A stretch of 40,932 nt of DNA from a virus (Duplodnaviria; Caudoviricetes), in the IMG/VR virus record IMGVR_UViG_3300037423_001127, positions 1-40,932 of that record, one strand, 5' to 3'. This document shows, piece after piece, positions 26,575 to 36,236 of the stretch. Both the position numbers and the translations under genes were made by a program. The stretch's first letter is position 1, and every line of letters begins with the position of its first letter. A model generated the notes under the pieces. It had not been told where the DNA came from. It saw nothing but the letters and a program-made list of their open reading frames with translations, and did no database searches.

Positions 26575-26985
26575 CTAGAATGGAATATCGTCATCAAATA
26601 TTTCATTTTGTTTTGGTGACGAATCCAGTTGAGTTACGGGTTGTTCTTCTTTTTCTTTACCACTAGCTAATAAATCAAAATGATTACATAAGATTTTATA
26701 GCTCGTTCTTTCGAGTCCTTCTTTATCTTTGTATTTTGAGCTTTGAATCTCGCCTTCGACGTAAACTTTAGTGCCGACTTTACACAAAGTTCCTATAAAC
26801 TCAGCAGTCTTACCAAATGCTACAATGTTATGCCATTCGGTAGCTTTCTCGTATTCTCCATCTGAATTTTTCGTTTTCTTGTTTGTTGCAAGCGAAAAGT
26901 TAATAAATTTCCCACCCGCTTTTGTGTCTTTTGCTTCTGTGATTACGCCAATGTTTCCGATTAGCATTACTTTATTTAATGACAT
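26575..26985 (-). CDS. ssb: Single-stranded DNA-binding protein
   Basis: SLNKVMLIGNIG, TEWHNIVAFG, acidic DDDIPF tail. Confidence 0.97.
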   Translation of the reverse strand: MSLNKVMLIGNIGVITEAKDTKAGGKFINFSLATNKKTKNSDGEYEKATEWHNIVAFGKTAEFIGTLCKVGTKVYVEGEIQSSKYKDKEGLERTSYKILCNHFDLLASGKEKEEQPVTQLDSSPKQNEIFDDDIPF

Positions 26986-27381
26986 TTATAGACTGCCTTC
27001 ATAATTAAGTTGATTTGATTTTACAATAACAGAATGCCCATAATATCCATTATGGCTATTGTATACTGCTACTTGTAAAGTTCCTTTATCTGTTTCGATA
27101 TTAACAAAAATAGCACCACATTCTTCACTTTCAGGTAGTTCTACATCAATAGTATTCAATGAATCATCTGTAATATTTATGCCTAATAATTTAGAGCCAA
27201 TGAATTCATCAATGTTATCATGAGAAATTAAATAGCCATAATTTTCACAACAACTTTGTCCGCTATATATTCCTATCAAAATTTCTTGCTTATCAGTTGT
27301 TATCTTATAGCCAATCATTCCAAAATGATTTGGATCAACATCAAAATCTGTCTCTTCAATTTTCTTTATTATTTCATCCAT
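26986..27381 (-). CDS. Conserved phage protein (DUF7448-like)
   Basis: QSCCE and HNGYYG motifs. Confidence 0.65.
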   Translation of the reverse strand: MDEIIKKIEETDFDVDPNHFGMIGYKITTDKQEILIGIYSGQSCCENYGYLISHDNIDEFIGSKLLGINITDDSLNTIDVELPESEECGAIFVNIETDKGTLQVAVYNSHNGYYGHSVIVKSNQLNYEGSL

Positions 27382-27409
27382 TACGCAGCTTCCCCTTGAA
27401 TTTTAACCA

Positions 27410-28207
27410 TTATTTATCCCCCAGCAACTGTTTATTTAATTCATCAATATCATCGTTAATAATAGTTGTTTCTACTGAACTAAAAGCATTTTCAGCCTTA
27501 ATATTTCCATCTTTGATGTTATTGAAAATTCCGATCATTGAAACTAAATCATCGGTGTCGAGTTCTTCAATTTTCTTGCCAAAATAACTTAATATTTTTT
27601 CTTTTGAAATACCTTTTTTTGAAAACATATCAAATGCTTTGTTAACGCGTGATTGAAAATCAACTTGTGTATTGCTTTCACCAACAGCCGCCTTAACCGC
27701 TTCATTATAAATATCTTCAATAAATACTTGAGGAATAACATCAAAAATAGCGTTTCTCAAAGCTTTTGAACATGCTGCATTACCTGTTACCACCTGCATA
27801 TCTTGATTGTATGTTTTACCATCGCGCGTCAATATTGATACTATAACCTCACTGGATATTTTGACGTTGTTCTCCAAATCCCAGGCTACGGCTTCGGCCT
27901 TAATTGTTTTACCGTCATTACTGACTATTCGCGTAGCAGCATGAATATTTCCCCAGCAGGAGGCCATCACCTCGGCAAGTCGAACGCTTTTTCCTTTAAG
28001 TAATGTTTCTTTCCCGTTTTTATCCTTACGGGGCAAAGCGTAAATACAGCTTTTTGCGATATCTTCGCTGCTTGAAATTATCGTTTTTGCTTTTAAAAGC
28101 GCGTTTTTTACGTTACGCGGGAAGTTTTTTGCAGTTGCAATTTGTATATCCAATTCTGTAGCATTTGAATAGCTCATTTCATTTAATTTTGTTATTTCAC
28201 CGTTCAT
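27410..28207 (-). CDS. Putative single-strand annealing recombinase
   Basis: Between exonuclease and ssb; QIATAKNFPR and SVRLAE...WGN family motifs. Confidence 0.7.
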   Translation of the reverse strand: MNGEITKLNEMSYSNATELDIQIATAKNFPRNVKNALLKAKTIISSSEDIAKSCIYALPRKDKNGKETLLKGKSVRLAEVMASCWGNIHAATRIVSNDGKTIKAEAVAWDLENNVKISSEVIVSILTRDGKTYNQDMQVVTGNAACSKALRNAIFDVIPQVFIEDIYNEAVKAAVGESNTQVDFQSRVNKAFDMFSKKGISKEKILSYFGKKIEELDTDDLVSMIGIFNNIKDGNIKAENAFSSVETTIINDDIDELNKQLLGDK

Positions 28208-29052
28208 ATTACCTCCATTTGCGCCCAGTAAGGCAAATTAATTTCAACTATTTTATCTGTGTATGATGGCCATATGTTAGTTTCCATGCACTTTTTATAT
28301 AATTGTGCAGCGCGTATAATTTCACGCCTTCCATGTTCTATCGAATCATACCGCAAACGTGATCCATCATCACGAGAAAGAACATAAGCCTCAACACAAA
28401 AGGGAGGCGTTTTCTCGACTGCTAAGAAAATAAAATTATTGTATCTTCTACCTGTTGCAGCTTCGAGACCGTCAAGCGCAAGACACGCTTGTCGATGATA
28501 TCCGTATTCGTAAATAGCTTTCGAGAAATCCAAAGGCTTAACAGACTTTGTATGCTTAATATCAATTATTATATTTTCAGTATATATATCAGGCCGAGTT
28601 TTTAAGTCTATCCCAAGTTCATTATCATAATAGATAATTGAATGTTCAATGTTAAGCTTTCTCGTTAGAAGCTCTTTCATAAGAGGATGTTCTTTGATAG
28701 ATTCCACTTGTTCCTTAGCATCATTAAATATGCTGTGCGTGATCACTTCAACATTACCATATTTTAACTTAATATCATCAAGAACTTTTTTAGTTCTTTT
28801 GGCTCGCATAGGAATAACAAAATATCGATTTTCAAATGTATTAGGCTCAAGCAAAAGTGTATGTATTAACTTTCCAAGCTGAAAATGCGGCGCATCTTTT
28901 TTCATCCCATCTATATAAGATAATTTGTATTTTTTAGGGCAATCAAGCAGTAAGCTAATTCCAGTCGCTGATAATCCAGGTATTGAATGATAATCATCAT
29001 TAGAAATATTTTCGTAAATGACTGCTTGGGAATTTATTTTTTTTGCTAACAT
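28204..29052 (-). CDS. PD-(D/E)XK exonuclease, RecE/DUF3799-like
   Basis: DDYH...LSATGI...LGKLIHTLLLEP, KTRPD, IIDIK, YGYHRQ, AVEKTPP. Confidence 0.9.
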   Translation of the reverse strand: MLAKKINSQAVIYENISNDDYHSIPGLSATGISLLLDCPKKYKLSYIDGMKKDAPHFQLGKLIHTLLLEPNTFENRYFVIPMRAKRTKKVLDDIKLKYGNVEVITHSIFNDAKEQVESIKEHPLMKELLTRKLNIEHSIIYYDNELGIDLKTRPDIYTENIIIDIKHTKSVKPLDFSKAIYEYGYHRQACLALDGLEAATGRRYNNFIFLAVEKTPPFCVEAYVLSRDDGSRLRYDSIEHGRREIIRAAQLYKKCMETNIWPSYTDKIVEINLPYWAQMEVI

Positions 29053-29471
29053 TATAATTCTTCCACAAATGTGCCTTTAGCTTCGCTAAACGGCATTCTT
29101 TCGCGAACTAATTCTTCAATAGCACGCTGAACATAAGGTAAACAATTTTCATAAATTGTCGAACGAAGCCAAATAAAAAACTTAGTTGGCGTAGCCGTAT
29201 TCTTAAGAACCTTGCGAATCTCGGCGATTAGGTCATCTGTTCCATTGCGACGGTAAAATAAATCTGACGCATCTAAGTCATCATACGTTAAATAGTATTT
29301 GTTAATAGCAATGCACTGATTATCAGATGTCATCTGGTAAAAATCGGTTATTCCGTGGTTCTCAACTTGATTCTTGATGAAATCATCAAAAGACATATTT
29401 TCTAACCAATGGTTAAAAAATTTCTTTTTATTAGCGGCTTTTTTACTAGTCATGTAGTGTTGTTGTAGCAT
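29052..29471 (-). CDS. Hypothetical protein
   Basis: AAGGA SD before ATG 29471. Confidence 0.7.
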   Translation of the reverse strand: MLQQHYMTSKKAANKKKFFNHWLENMSFDDFIKNQVENHGITDFYQMTSDNQCIAINKYYLTYDDLDASDLFYRRNGTDDLIAEIRKVLKNTATPTKFFIWLRSTIYENCLPYVQRAIEELVRERMPFSEAKGTFVEEL

Positions 29472-29515
29472 GTTTAATTTCCTTATATGAATCAACGTAA
29501 GGAGATTTTGACATG

Positions 29516-29908
29516 CTAAACTTTTTCCTCATAGAGGTCTGGTCTGAGTTCATATAGCGATATTGCTAGCTTTTCATGTAAGACTTTAGCCATTTCTGCT
29601 GGTATTAAAGTTTTACCGCGTGACCAGTTATTGACGCGTTGACGTGATATCCCGAGCAATTCCGCAAGTTCACAGATTCCTATTTTAGTATAAGGCAGGT
29701 ATTTCTCACAAAGCATCTGGCGGTATGCTTCTGCAAGGCCTAAATCATTAAAGAGGGTGTGATATTTAAAATCACGCAATCTTAACAAATCGTCAGAGTC
29801 TTTAATGAGTAAACTCAGTTTGCGCGCAATAGCCATATAACAGGCTTTTTTGATAGCAATAGCGGATTGCTCACATAATTTTGGGTTTACGTCAGTATAT
29901 TTACTCAT
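29516..29908 (-). CDS. Transcriptional regulator with a C-terminal Cro/YdaS-like HTH
   Basis: ELAELLGISRQRVNNW...ELRPDLY. Confidence 0.8.
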   Translation of the reverse strand: MSKYTDVNPKLCEQSAIAIKKACYMAIARKLSLLIKDSDDLLRLRDFKYHTLFNDLGLAEAYRQMLCEKYLPYTKIGICELAELLGISRQRVNNWSRGKTLIPAEMAKVLHEKLAISLYELRPDLYEEKV

Positions 29909-29939
29909 AATTGAAAGTATAACATATAGTCATGCTCAA

Positions 29940-29958
29940 TGTAAAACATTGTTTTACA
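29940..29958. promoter_or_regulatory. Palindromic operator copy 4 (perfect) between divergent genes
   Basis: TGTAAAACA-T-TGTTTTACA; minus-strand TTTACA-N18-TATACT. Confidence 0.75.
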
Positions 29959-30016
29959 ATCTGCTTAACAAATCAGTTCAAATATTATACAATGGAATTC
30001 CCGTTAAGGATTTATT

Positions 30017-30457
30017 ATGTTTAGTACCCAGGAATTTTTTAAAAATAACCCAGACAAGCGCCTAGGCAGCCACTCAGATATAGTCGCAAAATGGCTGCTA
30101 AAAAAAATGAGAATGAAATTCTCGTGGCTTAACCAAGCAATCGATTCAGGCAAGTTTAAAACTGACAATTTTATTAATGAATGGTCTGAATACCTACGCA
30201 ATGTTACCCCATTTGATATACAAAAAGCATGGGAGTATATCGATAAGGAGCGTGCAAACAAAATGGCTCCTACCTTAAAAGAATTCAAAAATATTATATC
30301 TCTCGTCAAGTCAAGAGCAGCTACGTATGACGAGCTTCACCAAGAAGCTATGAACCTTGGGGCGATTGTTTATGGCTGTCGTTGTGGGCATTGTTATGAG
30401 AACAAGACACGTATTAGTATCTCACCCACACAATTCTACAATAAGAAATTGAATTAA
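30017..30457 (+). CDS. Putative helicase loader/inhibitor (lambda P / G39P-like)
   Basis: EWSEYL...DIQKA...APTLKEF pattern. Confidence 0.5.
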   Translation: MFSTQEFFKNNPDKRLGSHSDIVAKWLLKKMRMKFSWLNQAIDSGKFKTDNFINEWSEYLRNVTPFDIQKAWEYIDKERANKMAPTLKEFKNIISLVKSRAATYDELHQEAMNLGAIVYGCRCGHCYENKTRISISPTQFYNKKLN

Positions 30458-30554
30458 ATTTAAACAAATATAGCACTCCTCTCGAGGGAAACTAACAATT
30501 TCCCTATTTTTTTATCCAAAACTATTGACTTTTTCAAAAAAACATGATATAAAT

Positions 30555-30740
30555 CTACGTATTTATTCGTAGTATTTTATTGATTCTTGGTTTGTTTCCT
30601 CTCTCTTCGTTTTTATTTATAAAAACATCTACGCTCTATGTGTCAGAGAGAGGAAGGCTATATAACTAAGTGTGGACTACTACGGTTACAGGACATAAGT
30701 AAAAGCCGATTTATAGTGTGACCAAACGGGACTCTTTTTA
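30555..30740 (+). ncRNA. Candidate structured RNA or leader
   Basis: Promoter TTGACT-N17-TATAAA at 30525-30553; 11-bp stem 30596-30606/30645-30655. Confidence 0.4.
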
Positions 30741-30748
30741 TACTTTAA

Positions 30749-30916
30749 ATGAAAGAATTTAAGGCAACAGATAAATGGTATAAGAAATCTGCTAAAAACG
30801 AATCATCTATCGAAAAACTAGTGACTAATAACAAAACCCAATTAGAAGTATTAAAAACACTTTATAAACATCTAAACAATAACATCGAAGTCTATAAAAA
30901 CCACATTGATAAATAA
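30749..30916 (+). CDS. Small hypothetical protein (55 aa, MKEFKATDKWYKK...)
   Basis: Open frame below the track cutoff; weak SD. Confidence 0.45.
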   Translation: MKEFKATDKWYKKSAKNESSIEKLVTNNKTQLEVLKTLYKHLNNNIEVYKNHIDK

Positions 30917-30950
30917 GTTGAATACTATTAATTCAGTTAGTATAATATAG

Positions 30951-31062
30951 GCTTGACAAGGACATCTACGATTTCACTGTCGTAGCGTTATATCAAGCGG
31001 TAGCACAACTGCAACTTAGCGCTTACCAAACTACCGGGCGTTGAACCCGCTCGGTAGATTTC
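30951..31062 (+). ncRNA. Candidate small RNA
   Basis: Promoter TTGAAT-N17-TATAAT at 30918-30946; three hairpins, the last terminator-like (31031-31057); no ORF. Confidence 0.55.
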
Positions 31063-31201
31063 TATTCATGAATTACATTTTTATCATCTTTTTTGTTAAC
31101 TAGTTCAGCCAACCAAAAAGTATTAGCATCCTTGCAACCAATCAGTTGACTTATTAAACAAAAAATATACAATCATGACTTGTTCAATATTTGGATAAGT
31201 T

Positions 31202-31528
31202 ATGCCTTACAGACCACGTCATAAATTTAATGCCATAAAAACAGAAATCGATAACCAGAAATTCCCGAGCAAGCTCGAAGCCTCATACTACAAACACCTA
31301 CAGATGCTAATCAAAGCAGGTGAAGTCATCTTTTTCTTAAGACAAGTCCCTTTCCACTTAAAGAGTGGCATTAAATATGTTTGTGACTATCAAGTCTTCT
31401 ACGCTGATGGCACCGTCGAATTCGTAGACCCTAAAGGGACAATCACTCAAGAGTTTTCACTAAAAAAACGCCTGGTAGAGAGTGAATATCCTGTTACTAT
31501 ACGGGTAGTTCAGAAAGGAGATTTTTAA
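31202..31528 (+). CDS. DUF1064-family PD-(D/E)XK endonuclease
   Basis: KFNA...KFPSKLEA...QVPF...YVCDY...VDPKG. Confidence 0.85.
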   Translation: MPYRPRHKFNAIKTEIDNQKFPSKLEASYYKHLQMLIKAGEVIFFLRQVPFHLKSGIKYVCDYQVFYADGTVEFVDPKGTITQEFSLKKRLVESEYPVTIRVVQKGDF

Positions 31529-31738
31529 ATGAACCACATAGAATTCGACATAGGAAATATATATTTTAATACGGCTACAGGCGATATTTATAAAATAGTT
31601 GATGGCGGTAATGGAATACCTTTTCTCGTTAAATTTGACTGCAAACCCAATAAGCTAGATTCTCAAGAATTTGAGTACTTTCCATCAATGGAAGAACAAA
31701 AAATTATCCAAAAAGCAAGATTAATAGGAAGACCATGA
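31529..31738 (+). CDS. Hypothetical protein
   Basis: AGGAG SD. Confidence 0.65.
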   Translation: MNHIEFDIGNIYFNTATGDIYKIVDGGNGIPFLVKFDCKPNKLDSQEFEYFPSMEEQKIIQKARLIGRP

Positions 31739-31956
31739 CAATCATTTGTAACCAATGCGGCATAGAGAAAAACATCAATTGCTTTCATAGAGACAAATCA
31801 CGTAAGAATGGTTATTGTGCAAGATGTAAAACATGTTATAAACACAACCGAGAAAATCCTGGTGAGCCTATGGCTGTTTACGAAGAAATCGAAATTAATA
31901 TGCTTGAATGGCCTGTGTTTTTTAGCGGGTCTTTTGAATGTTTGGAGATGAGATAA
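31735..31956 (+). CDS. Zinc-finger protein
   Basis: CNQCGIEK...F...DKSRKNG...CKTC. Confidence 0.7.
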   Translation: MTIICNQCGIEKNINCFHRDKSRKNGYCARCKTCYKHNRENPGEPMAVYEEIEINMLEWPVFFSGSFECLEMR

Positions 31957-32032
31957 TGGAAGTTGCTATAATCATAATTTGCTCAACTATTTGCTCTATT
32001 GCTACTATTTATTTTTTAAGTAGGGATTAGAT

Positions 32033-32287
32033 ATGCCTGTTGAATTTCCTTATGCTTGTTCTATCGAGAATGATGACTGGCCTCTTTATAAACGTGGTGA
32101 GTATAAGAAGATTGAGGATATGCTTTGTTCATCTATAAAAGCTATTTCACGCATTGAGTGTAAGTGTGGTCGATCAAGTAATAGTGATGGAACTGACTTT
32201 ATAGATATAGTATTGCAATATCATCCTGCGCTTAAAGGATGGTGGGAAGAGCATAAGAAGAGGGATGATGGGAAAGATAATGGCTAA
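32033..32287 (+). CDS. Hypothetical protein
   Basis: ORF; WWEEHKKRD ending. Confidence 0.65.
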   Translation: MPVEFPYACSIENDDWPLYKRGEYKKIEDMLCSSIKAISRIECKCGRSSNSDGTDFIDIVLQYHPALKGWWEEHKKRDDGKDNG

Positions 32288-32462
32288 ATATAAAGTGACA
32301 GGTCAAGCAGTCGTTAATTTTACGGAAATTGTAGAAGCTGACAATGTTACACAAGCAGAATATATTGTTGAAAACAAGTTTTCTGTAAGCCTAGAATCTT
32401 CTGATTATGATATTTCAGTTTATGCAGAGAGGATTAAAGATAATTACGAGGCTGTAGAATGA
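32280..32462 (+). CDS. Hypothetical protein
   Basis: MAKYKV...IVEADN...AE small phage protein pattern. Confidence 0.6.
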   Translation: MAKYKVTGQAVVNFTEIVEADNVTQAEYIVENKFSVSLESSDYDISVYAERIKDNYEAVE

Positions 32463-32728
32463 ACACAGATAAACTAAAAGAACAAGCAAGAAGCGTGATT
32501 CACGAAGCGGAGAAAATTCTTGCTCTTGTGAATGATTTTCCAAAGAAAGACATTAACCCAAAAGCTAAGCTTTGGATAGGAGATAAAGACAAGTTTACGT
32601 TTGATATGTTAGCACATACGTTTGATTGTGAAGATGAATGGGCGAATTTGTTGCTTAATTTGTTGAACGGTCATGATACTCTCGAGAGTTTACGGGAATA
32701 CATCCTAGGGAATTGGAAAAGTGACTAA
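32459..32728 (+). CDS. Hypothetical protein
   Basis: Coupled ORF. Confidence 0.65.
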   Translation: MNTDKLKEQARSVIHEAEKILALVNDFPKKDINPKAKLWIGDKDKFTFDMLAHTFDCEDEWANLLLNLLNGHDTLESLREYILGNWKSD

Positions 32729-32912
32729 AACAATTGATGAATGGATAGAAAAAATTTTTTTATCTAATTGTGACATTCAAAGATTTAAGTATGACATTGA
32801 TAATGTCGGATATTCGGAATTTACAAAACGCCGTTTAGTTCGAGAGCAAGAACTTAACAAGCATTATAAGAAACAACTTAAAGAAGCATTAAACAATGAC
32901 CAATCAATCTGA
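32721..32912 (+). CDS. Hypothetical protein
   Basis: Coupled ORF, GTG start. Confidence 0.55.
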   Translation: MTKTIDEWIEKIFLSNCDIQRFKYDIDNVGYSEFTKRRLVREQELNKHYKKQLKEALNNDQSI

Positions 32913-33055
32913 TGAAATTATTCATAAAATAGCATCTCTATTAGCTTGGAATGAAGTAGATAAAAAACATTGGCCTGATATTAAAAAGGAAGAAATAGAA
33001 AAAAGAGAGCTTGATATTTTAACTCTTAAAAAACAACTTAAGGAGTCGTTGAATA

Positions 33056-33283
33056 ATGAAATTTGAAGAAGCGTTTGCATTGATGAGGGAAGGGGTTAAG
33101 TGTCGTAATAAAATCTGGGGAAATAAAAAAGCTTGTTGTTTTATTAAAGATAATATTTTATATGTGACAAATAATATAAAACAAGAAATGGGCGAAGCCA
33201 GACCTTTTGATGAATTTGGTTTACATTTAAAGCAAGAAGACTTATTCGGAGAATGGGAGGTTTATTATGAAACAAACTCATAG
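33056..33283 (+). CDS. Tad2/DUF2829-like protein
   Basis: MKFEEAFALMREGVKCRNKIWG...QEDLFGEWEV matches both ends of the family pattern. Confidence 0.7.
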   Translation: MKFEEAFALMREGVKCRNKIWGNKKACCFIKDNILYVTNNIKQEMGEARPFDEFGLHLKQEDLFGEWEVYYETNS

Positions 33284-33423
33284 AATATATGCCATTAAAT
33301 ATTTCGATAAAAACATCCCAGTAGAATATAACCCAATGATTACTTTTATGGTTACTAAAAATAAAGTTGAGGCTAAGAAAGCATTAAGTCATTATAAGAT
33401 TTTATCTATAGAAAGGATTTATT

Positions 33424-33747
33424 ATGGCTATACCACTTGAACAGCAAGAAAATGAAATTCAAAATATTGCAAATTTTATGCAATTAAAAGAACGAATTGA
33501 AAAAATAGACAATCATCTTGATGAGATTAAAAATGAAAAACTACCAAAATTTAATATAAATACAGCTTATAAAAATCCTATTGACTACTATCACCCTGCT
33601 TATATCAAAGGATTGCTAAAAGCAAAGGAGCTGTGTTCACTTGATTTAAAGAAATTATTTATTAAAATTTGTGAGATAAATTCTCAAGAATTCAAAGAAA
33701 TATTCTCAAAGCTTTATAAGGATGATGTAGATGATAATACCGCTTGA
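33424..33747 (+). CDS. Hypothetical protein
   Basis: AAGGA SD; shares the IPLEQQ start with the next gene. Confidence 0.65.
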   Translation: MAIPLEQQENEIQNIANFMQLKERIEKIDNHLDEIKNEKLPKFNINTAYKNPIDYYHPAYIKGLLKAKELCSLDLKKLFIKICEINSQEFKEIFSKLYKDDVDDNTA

Positions 33748-34054
33748 ACAGCAAGTAACTAGCCGTGACATATCGGAAGAGCTTAAAAAGAGGGGTGTTC
33801 CTCAGACAGCATTATTTTGTCATGCGTTCTGGAACGGACAAATTAAAATTTTCTATAAAGACCTTCTTTATGAATATACTGATATTGTTTATTTGTGTGA
33901 TGCTTATACGGTTTCTGAGATTGTTAATATGCTTCAAAAGAATAGTTATTTAAATGGGTATAAATTCGAGATATCCGATCTGACTCCCGATAACATGGCT
34001 GAAAACTTATTGCGGTGTATTGACTCTGGATATATAAAACCATGGGATTTATGA
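33731..34054 (+). CDS. Hypothetical phage protein
   Basis: LEQQVTS...LKKRGVPQ...AYTVSEI. Confidence 0.7.
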   Translation: MIIPLEQQVTSRDISEELKKRGVPQTALFCHAFWNGQIKIFYKDLLYEYTDIVYLCDAYTVSEIVNMLQKNSYLNGYKFEISDLTPDNMAENLLRCIDSGYIKPWDL

Positions 34055-34224
34055 GAGCTATAATTTTAGCAATTTGTTGTTTCTTTCTAGCAGGATGTTC
34101 TGATGGTACAAAGTGTGTTGAAGGTCATATTACAATGATCCCTATGTATAATGCAGCTTTAAAAATTACTACTATGCAACCTATTTTTGTATGTGATAAA
34201 ACAGAGCTTAATAATAATATTTGA
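34051..34224 (+). CDS. Small lipoprotein
   Basis: MRAIILAICCFFLAG-C lipobox. Confidence 0.7.
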   Translation: MRAIILAICCFFLAGCSDGTKCVEGHITMIPMYNAALKITTMQPIFVCDKTELNNNI

Positions 34225-34337
34225 CATACGTACTTTTGCGTATATAATTACGCTGATGATTTTGTTTAAGCCAGCAATTCATCTTTTCGCACTTATCTTT
34301 AGCCCTGACTATGTTGGGGCTTTTTTTTGGAGGAAAT

Positions 34338-34652
34338 ATGTTAACTTTTAGTAGAGAAAATCCTAAAATTAAAGATGCTCGTAAGCTTTCGTTCATCTGT
34401 GAAACTGGCAACATCAGCAATGATACCGAGTTGTTAATAGAGCATGTTATTGTTTACTGCAATGATCGTAAAGTAACTAAAAATTATATCATTGAGGCTT
34501 TTTCTGCTTTAAAGCAAAATATAGGATTTGAATTTAATATATTTAATGGTTCATTAAACCGATATCAAGAAGATCACAAAATAAGTTTGGCACAGCTCAA
34601 AGAGTGTGCCCCGAAGATACGTCTCGAAAAAGTCTATTTTGTTTATACGTAA
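34338..34652 (+). CDS. Hypothetical protein
   Basis: GGAGG SD before ATG 34338; upstream TTGACA and TATAAT boxes. Confidence 0.65.
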   Translation: MLTFSRENPKIKDARKLSFICETGNISNDTELLIEHVIVYCNDRKVTKNYIIEAFSALKQNIGFEFNIFNGSLNRYQEDHKISLAQLKECAPKIRLEKVYFVYT

Positions 34653-34945
34653 CTTCTTTGTTGAGAATCAATAATTACTTTTGCATCGTCGTGCATGAGA
34701 AAGTATTTGTCGGATTCAAAGCTTTCGTTTAAGTCTATTTCTGCTGGCTCTAATTTTGACTTTTTATTAGCACAGTTCATATAGCAGCAAAAAATACGGC
34801 TAATGATTATGCCAAGGATTGCTGCTCCACATACTGAACTAAAAAGAATGAAATCGTGTGCATTCATTCCAAGCGCAAACTCATCAGATGGTGTAGTTGT
34901 ATTTGTAGTGTTTGAGTAAAAAAGATTAAAAGAGTTATTAAGCAT
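34643..34945 (-). CDS. Single-pass membrane protein with eukaryote-like features
   Basis: Asn/Thr-rich N-terminus, one TM helix, CCYMNC, C-terminal SYV. Confidence 0.65.
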   Translation of the reverse strand: MLNNSFNLFYSNTTNTTTPSDEFALGMNAHDFILFSSVCGAAILGIIISRIFCCYMNCANKKSKLEPAEIDLNESFESDKYFLMHDDAKVIIDSQQRSYV

Positions 34946-35236
34946 TATGATATCCCATTAAAAATTGCGATTAAATCAAGACATTCTTTTCTAGTATCGA
35001 ATGCTTGTACCTTGGTTAATCCTTTCCAGATTTCCCATTGACGGGTTAATTTGTTAAATTTGATTCTCATTATTCCTCCTTAATACCGAAAAATTTGTTT
35101 ATATTTTTATAGTTAAATCCTATTAAAGCCGATATAGGTATGCATACTAAAATTGCCCAATATCCAAAAAAATACCCTGTAGTGAATCCTGTTAAGCAAC
35201 CAATTAATATAGGCATAAGAAATTCTTTAAAATATT

Positions 35237-35473
35237 TCATTGCATATCCTTATTGTTGAAAACTGATATTTCATACGAAACACCCAATGCTAGTATATAG
35301 CTATTAAGCGTTTTTAGCGTAGGAGAATGCTTACAATTCTCGATTCTATGTACTGTCTGTTTAGTAACGCCCATTGCATTGGCGATCTGGGTTTGGGTCA
35401 TTCCTCGCCATACTCGATAATCATATAACTTTTTAATAATGTTATTATCTACTTTGCTATTATAGATTTTCAT
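35237..35473 (-). CDS. XRE-family HTH protein
   Basis: GMTQTQIANAMGVTKQTVHRIEN...PTLKTL. Confidence 0.88.
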   Translation of the reverse strand: MKIYNSKVDNNIIKKLYDYRVWRGMTQTQIANAMGVTKQTVHRIENCKHSPTLKTLNSYILALGVSYEISVFNNKDMQ

Positions 35474-35633
35474 TAGTGTACCTCGCGCTTAAGAATCATA
35501 TCTTGCCTGTAAATTCCGTCTTTTAACTTTAAGTCTCCATATTTCAAATAGCCTTCTTTTTCTGATTCTTTAACAAGTCGGAAAATTTCTCGGATATCTT
35601 CGTCAATTATGTGTATTCGTTCAGGTTGCATTT

Positions 35634-35807
35634 TTACTCCTGCTTAATCTTAAAGTGTTTTTTTAAAACATTGTTAATAAATATCGTTATATTGACATTA
35701 TCAGATTTTAATTTGTCTATTTCTTTTGATACGTCATGATCTAAGTATAATAGAAAAGCTTTTTTCCCTTCGCGGCTTTTGTATCCCGCTCTTTTTTTTG
35801 TATACAT
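35634..35807 (-). CDS. Small ribbon-helix-helix-like protein (57 aa)
   Basis: KKAFLLYLDHDVSKEIDKLK...NITIFINNVL; not in the ORF track. Confidence 0.55.
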   Translation of the reverse strand: MYTKKRAGYKSREGKKAFLLYLDHDVSKEIDKLKSDNVNITIFINNVLKKHFKIKQE

Positions 35808-35809
35808 TT

Positions 35810-36019
35810 TTAGTCCTTTGGTGGTTCTGTTTGTTTCATAGAAACAAACTCTTCAAGTGTCATAACGTCGTTTTCCATTGTTTTAATCGATAATTCGCCG
35901 TTATTAACAAATAGAGTGATTATTTCATCTTCTTTTATTCCTGCGTTTTCAAAAATTAATTTTCTTTTTTTAGAAAAGCTTAAAGATTCTTGAATAATTT
36001 TTTCTATTGCATTACTCAT
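35810..36019 (-). CDS. Hypothetical protein
   Basis: Coupled ORF. Confidence 0.6.
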   Translation of the reverse strand: MSNAIEKIIQESLSFSKKRKLIFENAGIKEDEIITLFVNNGELSIKTMENDVMTLEEFVSMKQTEPPKD

Positions 36020-36227
36020 GATTTGGTGGTACTGGTAATGGTTGCCACTTTGCGTTTAATTCTATAGCTTCTTCAATTGATATTCTTGCATTATGAATAT
36101 TTGAAGAAGAATATAAAAAGATATTATCTACTGTCAACACAGCTATATAGGTTCCTTTTACTAATCTAAAAATAACATGAACATGAAAATTAGGTTTTTT
36201 GTCTTTAACACTTATCCAGTTTGACAT
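36012..36227 (-). CDS. DUF551-family protein
   Basis: MSNWISVKDKKP...WQPLPVPP. Confidence 0.8.
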   Translation of the reverse strand: MSNWISVKDKKPNFHVHVIFRLVKGTYIAVLTVDNIFLYSSSNIHNARISIEEAIELNAKWQPLPVPPNHE

Positions 36228-36236
36228 TGTTATTCC

